A DNA stretch of 64,000 nt, taken from positions 15,624,001 through 15,688,000 of the forward strand of contig OZ059895.1 of assembly GCA_964057225.1 (NCBI GenBank). Direction: 5' to 3'. The stretch's first letter is position 1, and each line of letters starts with the position of its first letter. The notes beneath the pieces are model-generated. The model was not told the DNA's origin, made no database searches, and was given only the letters and a program-made list of their open reading frames with translations. Of this stretch, positions 27,397 to 40,893 are shown one piece after another. The DNA is from Auanema rhodensis. Its lineage: Eukaryota > Animalia > Nematoda. A program made the translations under genes and the position numbers.

Positions 27397-28452
27397 CTAC
27401 GGCATACTAGGGCTGCCGTAGCTGGAAAGATCAGTTGCTGACCGAATACGAATATCTTCTTCTTGTGTTCCTAAAAATAAACAATAATTACGTGATGTGA
27501 ATACATTATAAATCATACTTAGAACAACTGGAGGCACAAATGTTCCGAATGCGCCATCTGGAAGATTACCATTGGACGATCCTATGGATGAACGTACTCC
27601 TCCTGAAATTAAAAGAATACACTCATAGTTAATGAATAAATCAAGAAAGTGATTAGTATGCAACCGCCCACAGAAGTAAATTTGAAATAAATTAAAAGTT
27701 CGTGACGTGTATTAATACGCGTAAACGAAATATGCAAATTAGATCCTACCCGTGATGCAAATTTGACGACTCACAGGTGTTTCAGTGGGAAGAGACTGAA
27801 GATCAGTACGATGCGGACTATAAACATCTTATTATCAATAGTAATGGCATCATTTGTCCTTCTTACATGTTAGTAATGATGGGTTGGTCTAACACGGATT
27901 GACTTCGTTGAACTGTGGGATGTTGCATGTTAGTTGAAGTAGCAGCAGTTGGCTGTTCATAAACGGGTGGCGGCTGCACCGTTTCATCTTTGAACAATTG
28001 ATCATAACGAGGTGGAGGCTCCGAAAATCCACAGTTGGGAAAGCCGGCGTCTGCAGAAATGTAACATGAATATCAAGAATACTAGTGATTAAAGTACGTG
28101 CTAAATAGCTGAATGGGTGTCCGATTTCTTCGGTTTCCTGCTGAGTACGTTGTAAAAACTCGTTCCGAGCAATAAATTCTGCTCTACGTCTAAAGTAAAT
28201 GAAAATTAATGAGAAAATACGTAACAAAACAGATTACCTCTTATACCTACAATAGATGACTACTAGCTTGAAGACACATAGTACGAGAACTACAATCAAT
28301 ACGAAGCATGTGAAACATAGAATCAATCTTCTGGTTAAAACATCTGTTTGTGAACAACCTAGAATTTAGAAAATGAAAAGAGGAAAGAGGATGAAATGAA
28401 AAATACTTGGAACAGTGGAAGAAGATGCCGGTGCTGTAGTAGATTCAACCAT
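27397..28452 (-). CDS. Single-pass membrane protein with two PPxY motifs (PPRY, PPVY)
   Basis: 7 exons splice in frame: MVESTTAPASSSTVPS..., TM LILCFTCFVLIVVLVLCVFKLVVIY, basic stop-transfer CRYKRRR, then EPPPRYDQLF...QPPPVYEQP and a disordered tail ending SYGSPSMP*. Confidence 0.7.
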
Positions 28453-30942
28453 CCAAATTTAGTTCAAAGAGATCAATACAACCTATGGACTAGACGCTGA
28501 AAGGGAAAAAGTAAAAACAATGAAATATGAAACTGTCAAGCTTTCTTGAAGAATACGTGAATGAAAAAGATTTTTTTTTAAATGAAATGAATATTCATAG
28601 ATAATCGAAGACATTTTGAAACGAGGTAAAGATAAGGCAAGCATGATAAGAACATGAGAACATTAACTTCGTGAAATGAAAGTTTTTTAAGACGAAAAAA
28701 CTTCCATAAAGAGAAATATTTATTCTTAGTAATTAATTTTCTTGGGAATTTGACAGGAAATTCTGATAATGTATGAGAAATATGAGATAGAAACAGTAAA
28801 CGTTGATTAGAATTCGTTGAAAAGTCAACGAAATAGAAAAGGATCAGATACATTAAAAGATTGAGAAAACGAAATGAGTGTGTGTAAGAGTACAGTTCAT
28901 CCAGGCCAGAAGAGATCAAAATTCATTTGGAGAAATGCACTATGTTCAGAGCAATAAAGTATATGTAAACACGAAGAGATATTGGTCTCGGTATGTGTAA
29001 TTTAGCTGAGCAACTTAGAAAATCAGCATGTTCTGGCCGGAAATTGTTTTGCAATAGCACCTTGATAGCAAATGAATCAAGTTTAACTTTGATTCGTTTC
29101 CGCCTCTCACGCGTCGAAACGGGCGTACAACGACGCAGTATCAAGAGAATATACTTCTGGATCTTCTAAATGATGACATTGCGAACTATTCTTAGAAATC
29201 AAGAAGTTGTCAATGAACCTGGATGTCTCTTATTTCTTTTAGCACTGGTCGACTGATTTGATGTTATGTCAGAACTATAAAACATGGGCTGTCAAGAAAC
29301 TTCAATGAAAAAAACATACACTGAACTTCCATGTCTATAGTCGATAGATCTCTGAAGAATGAACAATTATAATTATTTCGAAAAAAGAATAAAAATAGAT
29401 AAAGAAATGATGTAGTAATCACGATATGATCTTCATCAGCTTTCACATAAATAGTTATACGCAGATTTGTGGTATCAAATGATGTCTTATAAGGTTGGTC
29501 ACGTGTGTAAATTGCTCCGGTCTATAATATCAATTGGTTTGATGAGATTAAAATACATTTCTGAATATGAGACTAAAAATTTGGAAAAAGCCAACCTTTC
29601 GTAAAGGGGTTTGAAGATCAAAGCTCGATGACATGTTGATACGCCTCAGGAAATTTAATAAGTTCCGGAATTTCTTTAGGATTCAAATGATTCTTTCCGC
29701 AGAACTAAAAAAGCTAGAACAATGCAGATATACATTACGAACTCAAATAAATTAATCCAAATCTTTTGTTATCATTAGTCACCACCATATGTTACGTATT
29801 GTACTTTCAAGTAAATATTATTGTCTTTAGAAATACTAGTATGAAGTACGAAACATCTAGGATATATGATATTTTTAGGATAAATCTAACTGATCGTAAA
29901 TTCCACGTTTGTGCAACTAATTAGTATTTGATGACGATATCTTTTTGCACTACGTGGGAAAAGGTTATTGAGGTCTAGATGTAGAGGTACTTACTGGTGG
30001 CTGGCTTGTTCTATGATATTTTAGTGTCCTTATGTTAAGCACTCATGTCAATTTGACTACTTGCTTTAAATGATTTTAAGATTCTGTGAGCTTAATTCTT
30101 GGTACTTCTTTTTTTAATTCTGAGACATTTGTCAATATAAATTTTGAATTTTATAATTGGGCTCATTCACTCTGTGTTGAACATCCAACAATTCAAAACC
30201 AATTACATTAGTAGGGAATTTTATCATTTTTAAAGCTTTTCTATTCAATTTCGAAAATACTATATGATTTTTAGTCGAAGTGTAATAATCTTCAATCATG
30301 GTCTATATATAATTTGAAATTTATTTTTAATTTAATTTCTCTTTAGAAAATTAACTGCCGCTAAATTGCGTAGCAAATAAAGAAAAAAGGCAAGAAGTCT
30401 ATATATAGTTAGAATCTTGAAATTACTATTTAAACCTGTTTTTATGATCATGCCCATAATTGTTCCGGTGAATTTCATTTTTTTTTCAATTTTTGTGATT
30501 TGGTTAATGTGTGATTATTGATGTTTGGTTAAATCAATAGATAAATCCATGTATGATTTGTTTTCTTTTGTAGTTAGCATTGGATTAAAGAATTCTCAAA
30601 ACTGTTTTACAGTGCCGAAGATCTTCAGATCAATTTTATCTTCTTAATAAACTTAAAATGATTGTAAAAACCGTTAGTTTCTTTTTTCTATCCGTATATT
30701 TTCCACCTTTTAGAAGCAAATTACCCAAGAATTGAATATACATTTGCAAATTTCTCGCTGAAGGTACTTTCGATTTGAAAATATGTGATTTTTTGAACAA
30801 AACGAATGTTTTTGCTTCTCAATGCAATCTAATCGATTTGACCATTTCTTATCTTTACATGTCCTTTGGATTGGCCGATTGTTTTCGTAGCTATTTGCCA
30901 TTATTTTAGATTCAATCCTGTTGGCAGCACCTAAGCAAGAGA

Positions 30943-32017
30943 ATGGCCTCTACTAATACATTGTCACCAATTGAGCAAGCTAAAAGTGCTGTAAGTTCTA
31001 TTATGATTTTTATCTTTCTTCGCCTACAGCTGTTCTTTCTGCTTTTTCCTTCTCAGAATTTGCGTTATTCTGAGCTTTCCAGGCTGCTCTAATTTGTTTT
31101 AAAAATCATATCAAAAGCGGAGATCGTATTGGTGTAGGTTCTGGATCTACAGTAAAGTAAACTATTTATATCTTCTTGGATATAACTTGATTTCTCTTCA
31201 AGATACCTTGTGGAGCATATCAAACGTGGTCTTGAATCTGGATCCGTGAAAGATATTGTTTGTGTTCCAACAAGTTTCCTCACTAGAAAATGGTTGATGG
31301 ATGCAGGAATCCCTCTGTCTGATCTTGATATGACCCCTGAACTAGATGTTTGTATTGATGGTGCTGATGAAGTATTATACAAACACAAAAAATCATCTGA
31401 TATATTACATTCAGATTGATGCTGATCTCACATTGATCAAAGGTGGTGGAGGTTGTTTAGCCCGTGAAAAGATTGTTCAACATGCATCAAATCAATTCTA
31501 TGTTATTGCTGATCATACCAAAGAATCTGTGAAACTTGGAGAGCATTATTCCAAAATCCCAATTGAGGCAAATCTTCAGTTTAGCTTGTCTGCAATAACA
31601 TCAACCTTCTTAGGTTCTTCCTTTTGCTGTACAGCCTCTTCTTCGCTCAATCCCAAAAATGGAAGGAGGCGAAGTTTCCCTTCGTATGGCTACGAATGTC
31701 TGCGCTCCAGCTTTAACAGATAATAACAATTACATCATTGATTGGGTATATCAATCTTATTCAATTGATATATGAATGAATTTACCTTCAGGTATTCGAT
31801 AAAACCAAGACTTATGATTGGAATGATGTCCACAATCGCATCATTAACATTCCAGGTAGGATGAAATACCAATTTATTTTACTTTCTTGTTTCTAAATAG
31901 TCTTATCAGAACATTATTATAGGAGTCGTGGAAACTGGGTTATTCTTTGGAGTCGTGAAGAAGGCCTACTTAGCTTTCCCTGACCTTTCTATCAAAGAAC
32001 TAAAAGCTAAGCAATAA
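30943..32017 (+). CDS. rpia-1: Ribose-5-phosphate isomerase A
   Basis: Motifs IGVGSGSTV, DVCIDGADEID, LIKGGGGCLAREKIV, TDNNNYIIDW, IPGVVETGLF. 7 exons, one GC-AG intron (donor 31568). Confidence 0.93.
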
Positions 32018-32488
32018 CTACCTTCAGATATTTGTTGTTGATGTTGTTTTTTTTTGCCAATTTTGCTCGTGATATGAATGTTGTAAATAAGTTTTGTAAT
32101 GACCACTTCCGAAGCTCACTTTATGAACGTTCCAACCTATTTAGTCGATTTCATTTTGTTGCATTCCTATTTGAAATAGATTGTTCTTTTAGCGTTATAT
32201 GAATTGTTTACTTTTTGCCTGTTTTTCCTTTTTCACAAAGCTCTTGTTGCTTTTTCCTTTCTCGCTTACAGAAAAAAGTATCAGGACTAAGACGATTTCT
32301 AACTAAAAGAAGTCGAAAAGAGCTTCTATGAGCTAGAAACAGGTGCCCTCACACGGTTCCGCGCTTCAACAGACTGCCGCATTCAATGGTACAGTCGGAT
32401 GTATTCTTTTCAGATTATTGGCTCCATCTCTGTGTCTCTGCAAATGTGTCCACTTCCATTTGTTGTTCCTGTTATGATTGATACAACC

Positions 32489-32533
32489 AAGAAGAAGAAG
32501 AAGCAGAAGAAGAAGAAGAAGGAGAAGAAGAAG
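32489..32533. repeat. (GAA)n microsatellite
   Basis: Imperfect GAA run; it generates the spurious poly-Leu ORF 32366-32548. Confidence 0.9.
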
Positions 32534-33429
32534 TAACAGACGATACAAACTGCCTTAAGGCTTTGATCCTGCAATTTCTGGGCCTATCTGAAGCTCACCT
32601 TCTACTCTGCTCTCAATCCTTGTTTTTCTCTTCGTTTATATGTCTTTCTATTGCCCTATTCTCTTTTCTGCATGTCAAAAGTTTTACTTTTCGTATTTTG
32701 TCGTTTACACTTTCTCTTCGTTATTCCATCCTCTTTTCCTTTGTCTATTGTGTTGTGATTCGATCGGAATAACAAAGCACATCAATCCCTCTTTTTTTCC
32801 AATTTTTTGCATACAGTCTCTTGTAGAAGCCATTTTTTGCCAGAAAATCAAAACAGTTTTATGACCCAATTTACAAGTGCTGCCAATACAAATGTGAATA
32901 TTGTAACTGTTCATCATCATCGTCACATCTTTTTTACTTACATCTAACTTCATAATGATGTACTTAACGCCATGTAAGCTTGATCTTACTACTTCTATTG
33001 TCAGACAATAAATTCAACATTCTGAATCTACTTGATACCATTTCTTATTTGGTTATGCTATGACTAGATGGTTTTTATAATCTGTTTAAGACTTTGATCT
33101 ATGTAATGTCTTTGTAAATAAGAATATGAATTTCTTGAGTACGTGATGCATCTTATGCTAATTTTGAGCGCGGTTATGTCATTTCGTAGCTTCAGTTTGA
33201 GCAGATCGGTTGCATATCCTAAAAATATTTATAAATATGTCTTTTCGTATTATTATTTTTTTTCTTTTTCGTTCTAAAATCGTATTTTTCTGGTTCTAAG
33301 CTTGATTCTTTTTTTGTTTTTTCTAACTATTTGTTGTTCAAGTTAATCTATTTACAACAATATTTATCTGTACTTCATTTTTCATAAGTTAGATTGACTA
33401 AAGAATAGCAAGAACAAAAAATAAAGATT

Positions 33430-33905
33430 CTACGAACGATGAATGACGAGGGTATTGTTTACAAGAGGGTTGAATTCTTGTCCTGCTTGTGCTTTTCTTG
33501 CCTCAGGGCAATTCCTCGCGTGATCATCATTTGATTCCGGTTCTTGGCTTTCTACAAAGATTGCAAAGAATTAGTACAACCAAATTACGTAGATGATCAC
33601 TTTCCTCGTTAGATGACTACAGCATAATTCCGTTTGCAATGAGGTTGTTTACTATCAACTATTTTTGCGCATTTCTCTGTAGCAGCAGGAGTTGTTACCA
33701 GAGCTCTTCCTCTAACAAAACACCGCCTCCCCTAAAAGTGCTGTATTTTGATCAGTTTTTTATCAGTTTTTAAGCTTATAAATCTCTAGATAGATACACT
33801 TTTGACTCATAACTCACGTAATATTCACTCTTGTTTATCAGAAACTAATGTTACGGACGCGATTCAAAATTAAAACGAACAGTAAACATGGCAATGACGG
33901 AGCAT
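33430..33905 (-). CDS. Possible small orphan protein (~88 aa)
   Basis: Five short exons can be joined in frame through short GT-AG introns: MLRHCH|FLINKSEYY|GRRCFVRG...KCAKI|SSNEESDHL|QSQEPE...LVIHRS*. No homology recognised and two donors are weak. Confidence 0.3.
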
Positions 33906-34290
33906 ACACTTTCAATCAGAAACGGATTAGTTGTATCTCATACAACTGAACAGACAACGTCGTTGTGTTCTTCATGAATCTGTTCAAATTAATCCTAAAA
34001 TTTCCCTTTTGCATTACATTCGGCTGAACAGAATATTAATCTATGTAATTAGGTTCATCTTCTCGATGTAGTTGACTTGAACTGGCCACCTTTTCTGTAT
34101 ATTTTCTATCACATCACTAGAATTCATATGCTGATTTGCCGTCGTTTAGGCGTATAAAGCCACACACACACCTGAATTCATTCCCAAACTCTTGTCTAGT
34201 TATCTTTAAGACTATGCTATGATTGCTTTATTCTTAACAAGCTTGTCAACGAGAATCCTCGGCAGCTTGTTCACTTCTCATCTCATGTTC

Positions 34291-34294
<4 letters not shown>

Positions 34295-34332
<38 letters not shown>
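34295..34332. repeat. (CT)n microsatellite
   Basis: Pure CT run. Similar tracts at about 596-623, 18705-18720 and 61527-61560. Confidence 0.95.
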
Positions 34333-34334
<2 letters not shown>

Positions 34335-36727
34335 TTCATTCCTAATAAAACGTGAGAGCTACTTGGCAACAACTTCAAACAACTTGGCGAATGAAACTTT
34401 TTGTCTTTTGCATGTTTTTCAATCTAGTTTTCCACGCCTCAGCAACAATTACCAATTATTTACATATTACTAATCTTTTACTACTCTCTTATTCATATAT
34501 GTTTGTTATAATTCTATATATTTTGCTGACTGCTTAACTAACTATTATGAGAATTCATATTATTATTTTTAGAAAAGATATTCTGAATCAGAACACCAGT
34601 GGTCATGTCCTTACGGTCGTACCGAGGACATCCCAATCAATGTATCAATATTCTTGGTAGTCTACAAGATACTACTGTTGATGGAGGGCTTTACATGAAT
34701 GAAAACAAATATTTTACCATAAAAGGTAAGCATTACACAGCTTTATTCATTCATTCATTCATCGTCTCATCTTATTCCGATACTCTTACCTATCTATCTC
34801 TTCTTGTACTTCTCCTTTCTACTACATCCTCTCATCTATCCATCAATAATACTTTCTCCAATGTATTTTCGTTGTTCGTACCTCCGTCCATTATCCAATC
34901 TCTCACTTCTACTCTCTACTTTCATCACAAATCACATTGTCGAGAAAAGGAAAGGAAAGGAAAGAGAACGAGAATGAGAGAGAGAGAAAGAGATACATAG
35001 ATAGATAGCGACGGCTGGCTTTGTAAGCTGTTGCCAATTTTGGTGCAACAGGGTGCAGTAGCCATTACTGATTTCTGACAAGATCTGAGTTCAACGACTG
35101 TTATGTTGCCGAGATTGTCAACCATTTTCTTATTTGCTTGTCTATTTGCATAGTCTAAGAAGATATATCACGAAGTTTCTCTGACCGTCACTTAATTTCC
35201 GATTGAACTAATTTATTCGTGGCTCACAATGAACGTTTGTATGGAGCCAGATAATCTCCCCTTCTCTCTCTCTCTGTCTGACTATATTCCGCATGATTTT
35301 CATTGAAAAAACGTAAGAAAACGTTATGATATGATTCATCTATCACCATATAAGAAACATCATCATTTCATTTACATTTTGTTTTAAGTTTCTTCTGACC
35401 TTTTTGTTGATTTATGTGAATATGTTGTTTGTTTGTCGGATGAGAAAGTATCAATATTATTGCAATATTGATCAATCTCACCCTCTACATTCATATTTTC
35501 CGCCTTTTTAGGTGTTTAACACACTTCTTCTTCTTCTTCTTCTTAATACATAGTTAGTTAATCTAATATGTACAGCTTCATGTTCTATGTATTCATGCTA
35601 CACACATGAAACTGAGCATTATTCAAGCAATTTTACTCCCAATTGTTTGACACACTATAATAACTGTATTTGCTTACGACGTCAAAACTTTCCTGAAGTT
35701 TCATTCTTCAATGTTACAGAGAAGAAAAAAAATAAAAGGTTGAACTGAACAAGCATTAAAGTTGCTGCTGCTTCAAACTCTCAAACTCGAGTTTTCTCAT
35801 TTAATGTATCAGCGTTTGCAAGAGTCGTGTGTTTCGGCTCCTAAAAATCAAAAAAAAAAAAACATCTGCTGAACCATAAAGAAAGATTTGCTTTAATAGG
35901 CTATTAAACTATTCGTCTTTCATTCACTAAGATGTATATGATTATTTGTTATCAGTCATTTATCAAGACTCGTTAGAAACCTTATCTTCTGGTTTGCTAC
36001 AGAGACAGAATCAAAGAGGGCCGAATAATCGAGGCCGGGCACTACTCCATCAGGCTTTGCTACAATTTCAAACAAATTTCTATCTCTTTCTTATGAAATA
36101 TTACCTATTTTCAACTTGATATCACGGCTTATTCTCTTCATTTTACTGTTTAAAGTTATTGAATGTGTATTGTTCATCTCAAAAATCAATCACTTCTTCA
36201 ATAGATATGCTGGTCATCAAATCTTCTTTCTGAATGTGAAAATTTTAAGTTTCTTATCTGATATGTTTAAAAGCTTTTTGCTATACTATCCTATCCAACT
36301 TCATAGTTGTACAGCAAGAAAGAAGAAAATGCTCTGTATGAATATGAACAAATAGATCTGACTAATTTATAATCCAGTTAATCATACTTTGATCTTTTTC
36401 ATATTTTACTGCCAGACGTTTTTGGTCTGAAAAAGCTTTTTTTGATTTGAGCATAGGCTTTCAATATACTATGTAACTAAGTATCATCATCATCTTTCTC
36501 CTCTACTAGCCTTCCAACCAACAAAAAAAAACTTTTATGATAGTTTTACTTGCTTACAGCTCATATATGATGTTGTTAAAATGCTCTTAACTTTATAAAA
36601 AACCAATTGAAAACGTCATTTTATTATTAATCGTTAAATAATCTTTTTATTTTTATAAATGTTATTCAATTTTCTTTCAGAACATTTACCGTTTTTACGA
36701 AAACATTACTATACGGGTTCCTTACGA

Positions 36728-39700
36728 ATGAATAATAATTATTTAAATGAAAATAATAATAATAATAACAATGAAAGCTCTAAACGAAGGTATATCTCAT
36801 CGTTTTACTTTTTCATTAGCCTCATGTTACTCATTTCAGTTTTAAAATTTCGTCACTTCTAAATGAGAAAGAAGTTACTTCAATCTTAGAATATATTGGA
36901 AATGAGGACTGCGTATGTTATTACATTGAATTCTATTTCTATATTGCTATTTGATTCATTAATTTGATGAATCACTTAAATTATCTAAATCTTTCTCTCA
37001 ATTTCCTAATATTTTCTCTGAAAGTCATCGTCTTCATTACAGTTATTAGGCACTGGTGTTTGTGAACTTTTGCAAGCAAATGATGGTCAATGGATTATGC
37101 CAAGACGTGGTGTTATATGTTTAATAAAAGATAATATCAATAGGGTATGATTAACTTGATCTAATGAATATTATTGAAAAATTTTTCAATTTTCAGCTTT
37201 ATTCAATTAGTTTGCTTAGACCTAAAACATCTAAAGTCATTTGGCATGAAGCTTTGTAAGTTTCAGATGAAAACAGGCTATAATTTCTCATTTTGTGTTT
37301 ATTTCTTGTAGAAATCGCTCATTTCAAACATCGAAAGAGCATGATAATCTTGTGACTTTCCAAATTATGTCTAATAATGATGATTCCATGATTTATGGCT
37401 TAAATTTTGTTGATCCTACTGAAGCTGAAGCTTTTCACAACATTGTCACAGAGCAGTATGAAAGTCAGTTTGTCTCTGAAGTTTCCGATATTAAATATTG
37501 CTTTTAGGTTTCATGCAAAAGAGAAGAAATCATCCCAAACGAAGAGCTCCAGAACCTCCTTCTGTTCAATCAACAAAGCCGGTATGTTTCTCATTATGTT
37601 TCAAATTAATTTTATTATTCAGATAGTATTAGCTGATGATTGTTCAAATCCAAAAGGTTTGTTCTTTTGAATGTTTTATTTGTTTATATTGATTTATACT
37701 TTTTTAGTTACTGATCTTGGAGTACAGATTCCTCAAAATAATGAATTAAAGAAGGAAAAAAATGGTAGCTTTCCTTTAATGTTTTAATTACTCTCTTTCT
37801 CTCTTATCATTTAAAATAAATTATTTGATGACGGAAATCTTGGGGGGGGGAGGTGGAACACACTTTCTAATTTTCATTTTTCAATCAATATTCTTTTATT
37901 CAACATTGCGGTTTGGCGAAAAAAAAGATAAGAATATCATGTTACCTCATAAACGAAATTCAAATTCAAACCATGAATATCAAAGTTTAAACTGTTCATA
38001 TTTGGGAAAATTTATGACCGTTCATCAAGATGTATTTTTATAGGAATATTCAGTTTTCTGGGAAAAAAACTCGATAAAAAGAAAAAGAAGAAGACTAAAC
38101 CGCATCTGACAGCTTTAGATATTTCAGCTCCAACCCATTTCAAGTACGTAAAAGCTTACTTTTTGGATTTTCAACATATTGAATATAAATGAACTTTGCT
38201 GAGTATCGCTCCCATTTCAGACATATTGAACATCAATTTTCGGATTTGACTCCAGAACAGCAGGAAGCTATCAGACTTATAACAGTGAAAGTTAATGTTT
38301 GTGACAATCAAACTTCTTCGAGCCTTAAAACTAAGTTTTAGGTTAATTTGAATGAAGAAAAGGAGCGTGAACTGATTAAGAGTATTGTTATGGAACGACA
38401 TGAAGAAATTCGTGCATCTGTACGTCCAAAGGTATGCTTCATATGCCTATTTACGCTAATTTGGTTCACGTACGTGTAATATGCTAATTATTTTGTATTT
38501 TTCAGGCCAAAGAACCATTTGCACGTAGAAATTCGGGACTGGCTGACGCTAGAAGTAGCATGTATGATTTATCTTTTTTTTATTATTTTGTGTTTATTGA
38601 CATTCTATTTTCAGTATGATACCTAAAGCAGGAAGAGGAAATACTCCACGAGAAATTAAGCGAACATCATTCAATAAGGTTTTAAGACTGTTTAAGTTTA
38701 ATTAATTATTCATCACCACTTTCAGAGATCTGATACAAGCCCAGTTGATCGTACTCCGACTCCTGCTCCGTCTACTCTTAAGGATGAGGTTCCAAATTTT
38801 CATTGAAGTTTGTTATATATTCTTTTTTCTTTTTAGGCTTCATACGATCCTTTGCATCCCAATTGGGAAGAAGCTACACCTCCTACTTTTGAGTCTTCTA
38901 TCACAAAAACTCAGCCTATGCCAATCTCTCAACATACAACTAATGTCGGGTATATCCTATATTCGAATGTTCATGAAACTATTTCAATATTTGAAGATTT
39001 GATGCAGCTTTGCCAGCTCCTTCTGTGCCTGAAATCAAACCTGCTTTACCTACTCGAACAGCGTCACGCTCTATACTTCTGCGTCAAAATACACCGCCGC
39101 ATCCATCTATGATCTGTATGTTTCTTAGTTGACAGATGCCTCTATTACTTATTTTTAGGGAATCGGGATAAAGGTCGTCCTCGTCTACCTACACACATTG
39201 CTCCAGCTGTACCACCGTCTGAAACGCCTCCTCTCTCACCAACCCCGACGATTGTTCCTCCTCTGCCACCTCCACCGGTTATTGCTTCCGTACCTGTAGT
39301 TACTCCTGCTGTAATTCCTCCTGTTGTAGTTCCTCCAATAACTCCTCCAGTAGTTCCACCCCCAACATATTTAAGTTCCACAAAGCCTAAATCTTCACCA
39401 GCGAACTGTGAATCCACATCAATTCCAGTCGCTCCTCCCCCTCCACCTCCAAATCTTCTCGCTTCTGAAGTACGTGTCCCAAATAGTAAAGCTGCTAGTC
39501 CAGTCCCTCCAGTCAGTCCTGATCGACGAAATTTTTTGGAAGAAATTCAAAATGTGGATAAATCAAAATTATTAAAATCAATAAATTCTTCACCAAGTCA
39601 AAAGGTATTTCATCTGTGCTCTTCTTCACTTCTACTTTATAATAAATACAATTATAGCAGAACGAAGAAGGTAGCAGTTTGATGGATTCAATTCAGAAGA

Positions 39701-39850
39701 TGATAGATACCATCCGGCCTCAGATTGAAGACAGTGATTCCGATGATGACGGTTAGTTTCTAATTCAAATTGATGCTCATGTCACACAAATCTAATGTAC
39801 TAATTCTACTTATTACAGAAGAATATTCAGATAGTGATTGGTCAGAATAA
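36728..39850 (+). CDS. Divergent WASP-family actin nucleation-promoting factor (WH1-CRIB-proline-rich-WH2-C-A)
   Basis: WH1 (LLGTGVCELLQANDGQW...GVICLIKD...IYGLNFVDPTEAEAF), basic region KKKKKK, CRIB DISAPTHFKHIEH, poly-Pro, WH2 DRRNFLEEIQNVDKSKLLKS, central helix SLMDSIQKMIDTIRP, acidic tail DSDSDDDEEYSDSDWSE*. A possible upstream coding exon lies at 34605-34725. Confidence 0.85.
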
Positions 39851-40268
39851 TTTTTATTTATTTGAAGAAGAGTATGATAGAATTTTATAACCGAAGAGCT
39901 TGTCGATATACCGTTGAAATACTCTGTGATTTACTTGAAAGCTTCTCTTGCTCAATAACCTAATTATTAATATATATAGTGTGTTATGTACATACAATTT
40001 ATTGTTCTAAACAATTTACAATAAAAGAATGTTTTAACATTTTTGATTGAAAGACCCATATTTCTTCAATTCTTTTGTATGTCTACTGCTTTTCCCGTCT
40101 ACATATTTGAGTAAATTACTTCTTCTTAGTCGTCATAATCAAATTGAGAATTTTGAAGGATTAAGGAATTGAATAGAACAGTAGCCTCAGGAATTGAAGG
40201 CTTAGGCTTTACGATGGACTAGATTTTCAAAACAATAATTGTGGAAGTTTAAGTTGTTGGGAAATAGT

Positions 40269-40893
40269 TTAAGCTGTTAGTTTGACACAGTTGGCTGGAT
40301 CACCTGTTGGCCTTAAACGACGACGAATTTCATCAAGTGACATTAACAGAGTGACATGCTTCTTATCATCTTGTCTTTGATAGAGCATTTCTCCTTCAAA
40401 GTCTAAAAGACCATATTTACGTGCTCGGATCAGCATTCCAACAAGCTGTAAGAAGACATTGAGAAAGATATGAGATGAAACTATTGTAACCTTATCGGAG
40501 TAAAAGGAATAAACATAAAACAATTTTCCGAATGTAATAAACTTATTTGGATCTTCACCATCAGCATTTTCATTAATTATTTCGCAAAGAAACAGAATTT
40601 CTCGACATATATGTACACCAGCCTTAATGAACAAGCTTAATTATGCTTATAGTATAGTGTTTGTTGACTACCTTAACGCCTCTAGCTTCCGTCTTGCTGC
40701 CACTTGGTGGCCTACCATAGTCTGTAGCTGTCTTATCGAACTTCGGAACACCATAAGTATCAGAATACGGATTTCTGAAAGATTGTATTTGGATGTATTA
40801 GCCGTAGTAGCACTTTCATTGTTACTTTTTCAATTTCTCATCATTAGCAGCTGCTACTGCATTAAATCGTTGAATTGTATCTCGAGCAGACAT
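40269..40893 (-). CDS. Actin-binding Rho-activating protein (ABRA/STARS) homolog, Costars domain
   Basis: 4 exons: MSARDTIQRFN...KKNPYSD...DYGRPPSGSKTEARGVKAGVHICREILFLCEII...ITFGKLFYVYSFYSDKLVGMLIRARKYGLLDFEGEMLYQRQDD. Confidence 0.9.

Noticed and set aside
30719-30737. AATTACCCAAG match to the SL1 leader core
   Set aside because: Only 11 nt match; lacks the GGTTT 5' end, the TTTGAG-GT donor and a properly placed Sm site, so it is not an SL RNA gene.
39145-39417. Gly/Thr-rich minus-strand ORF
   Set aside because: Antisense shadow of the WASP proline-rich exon.
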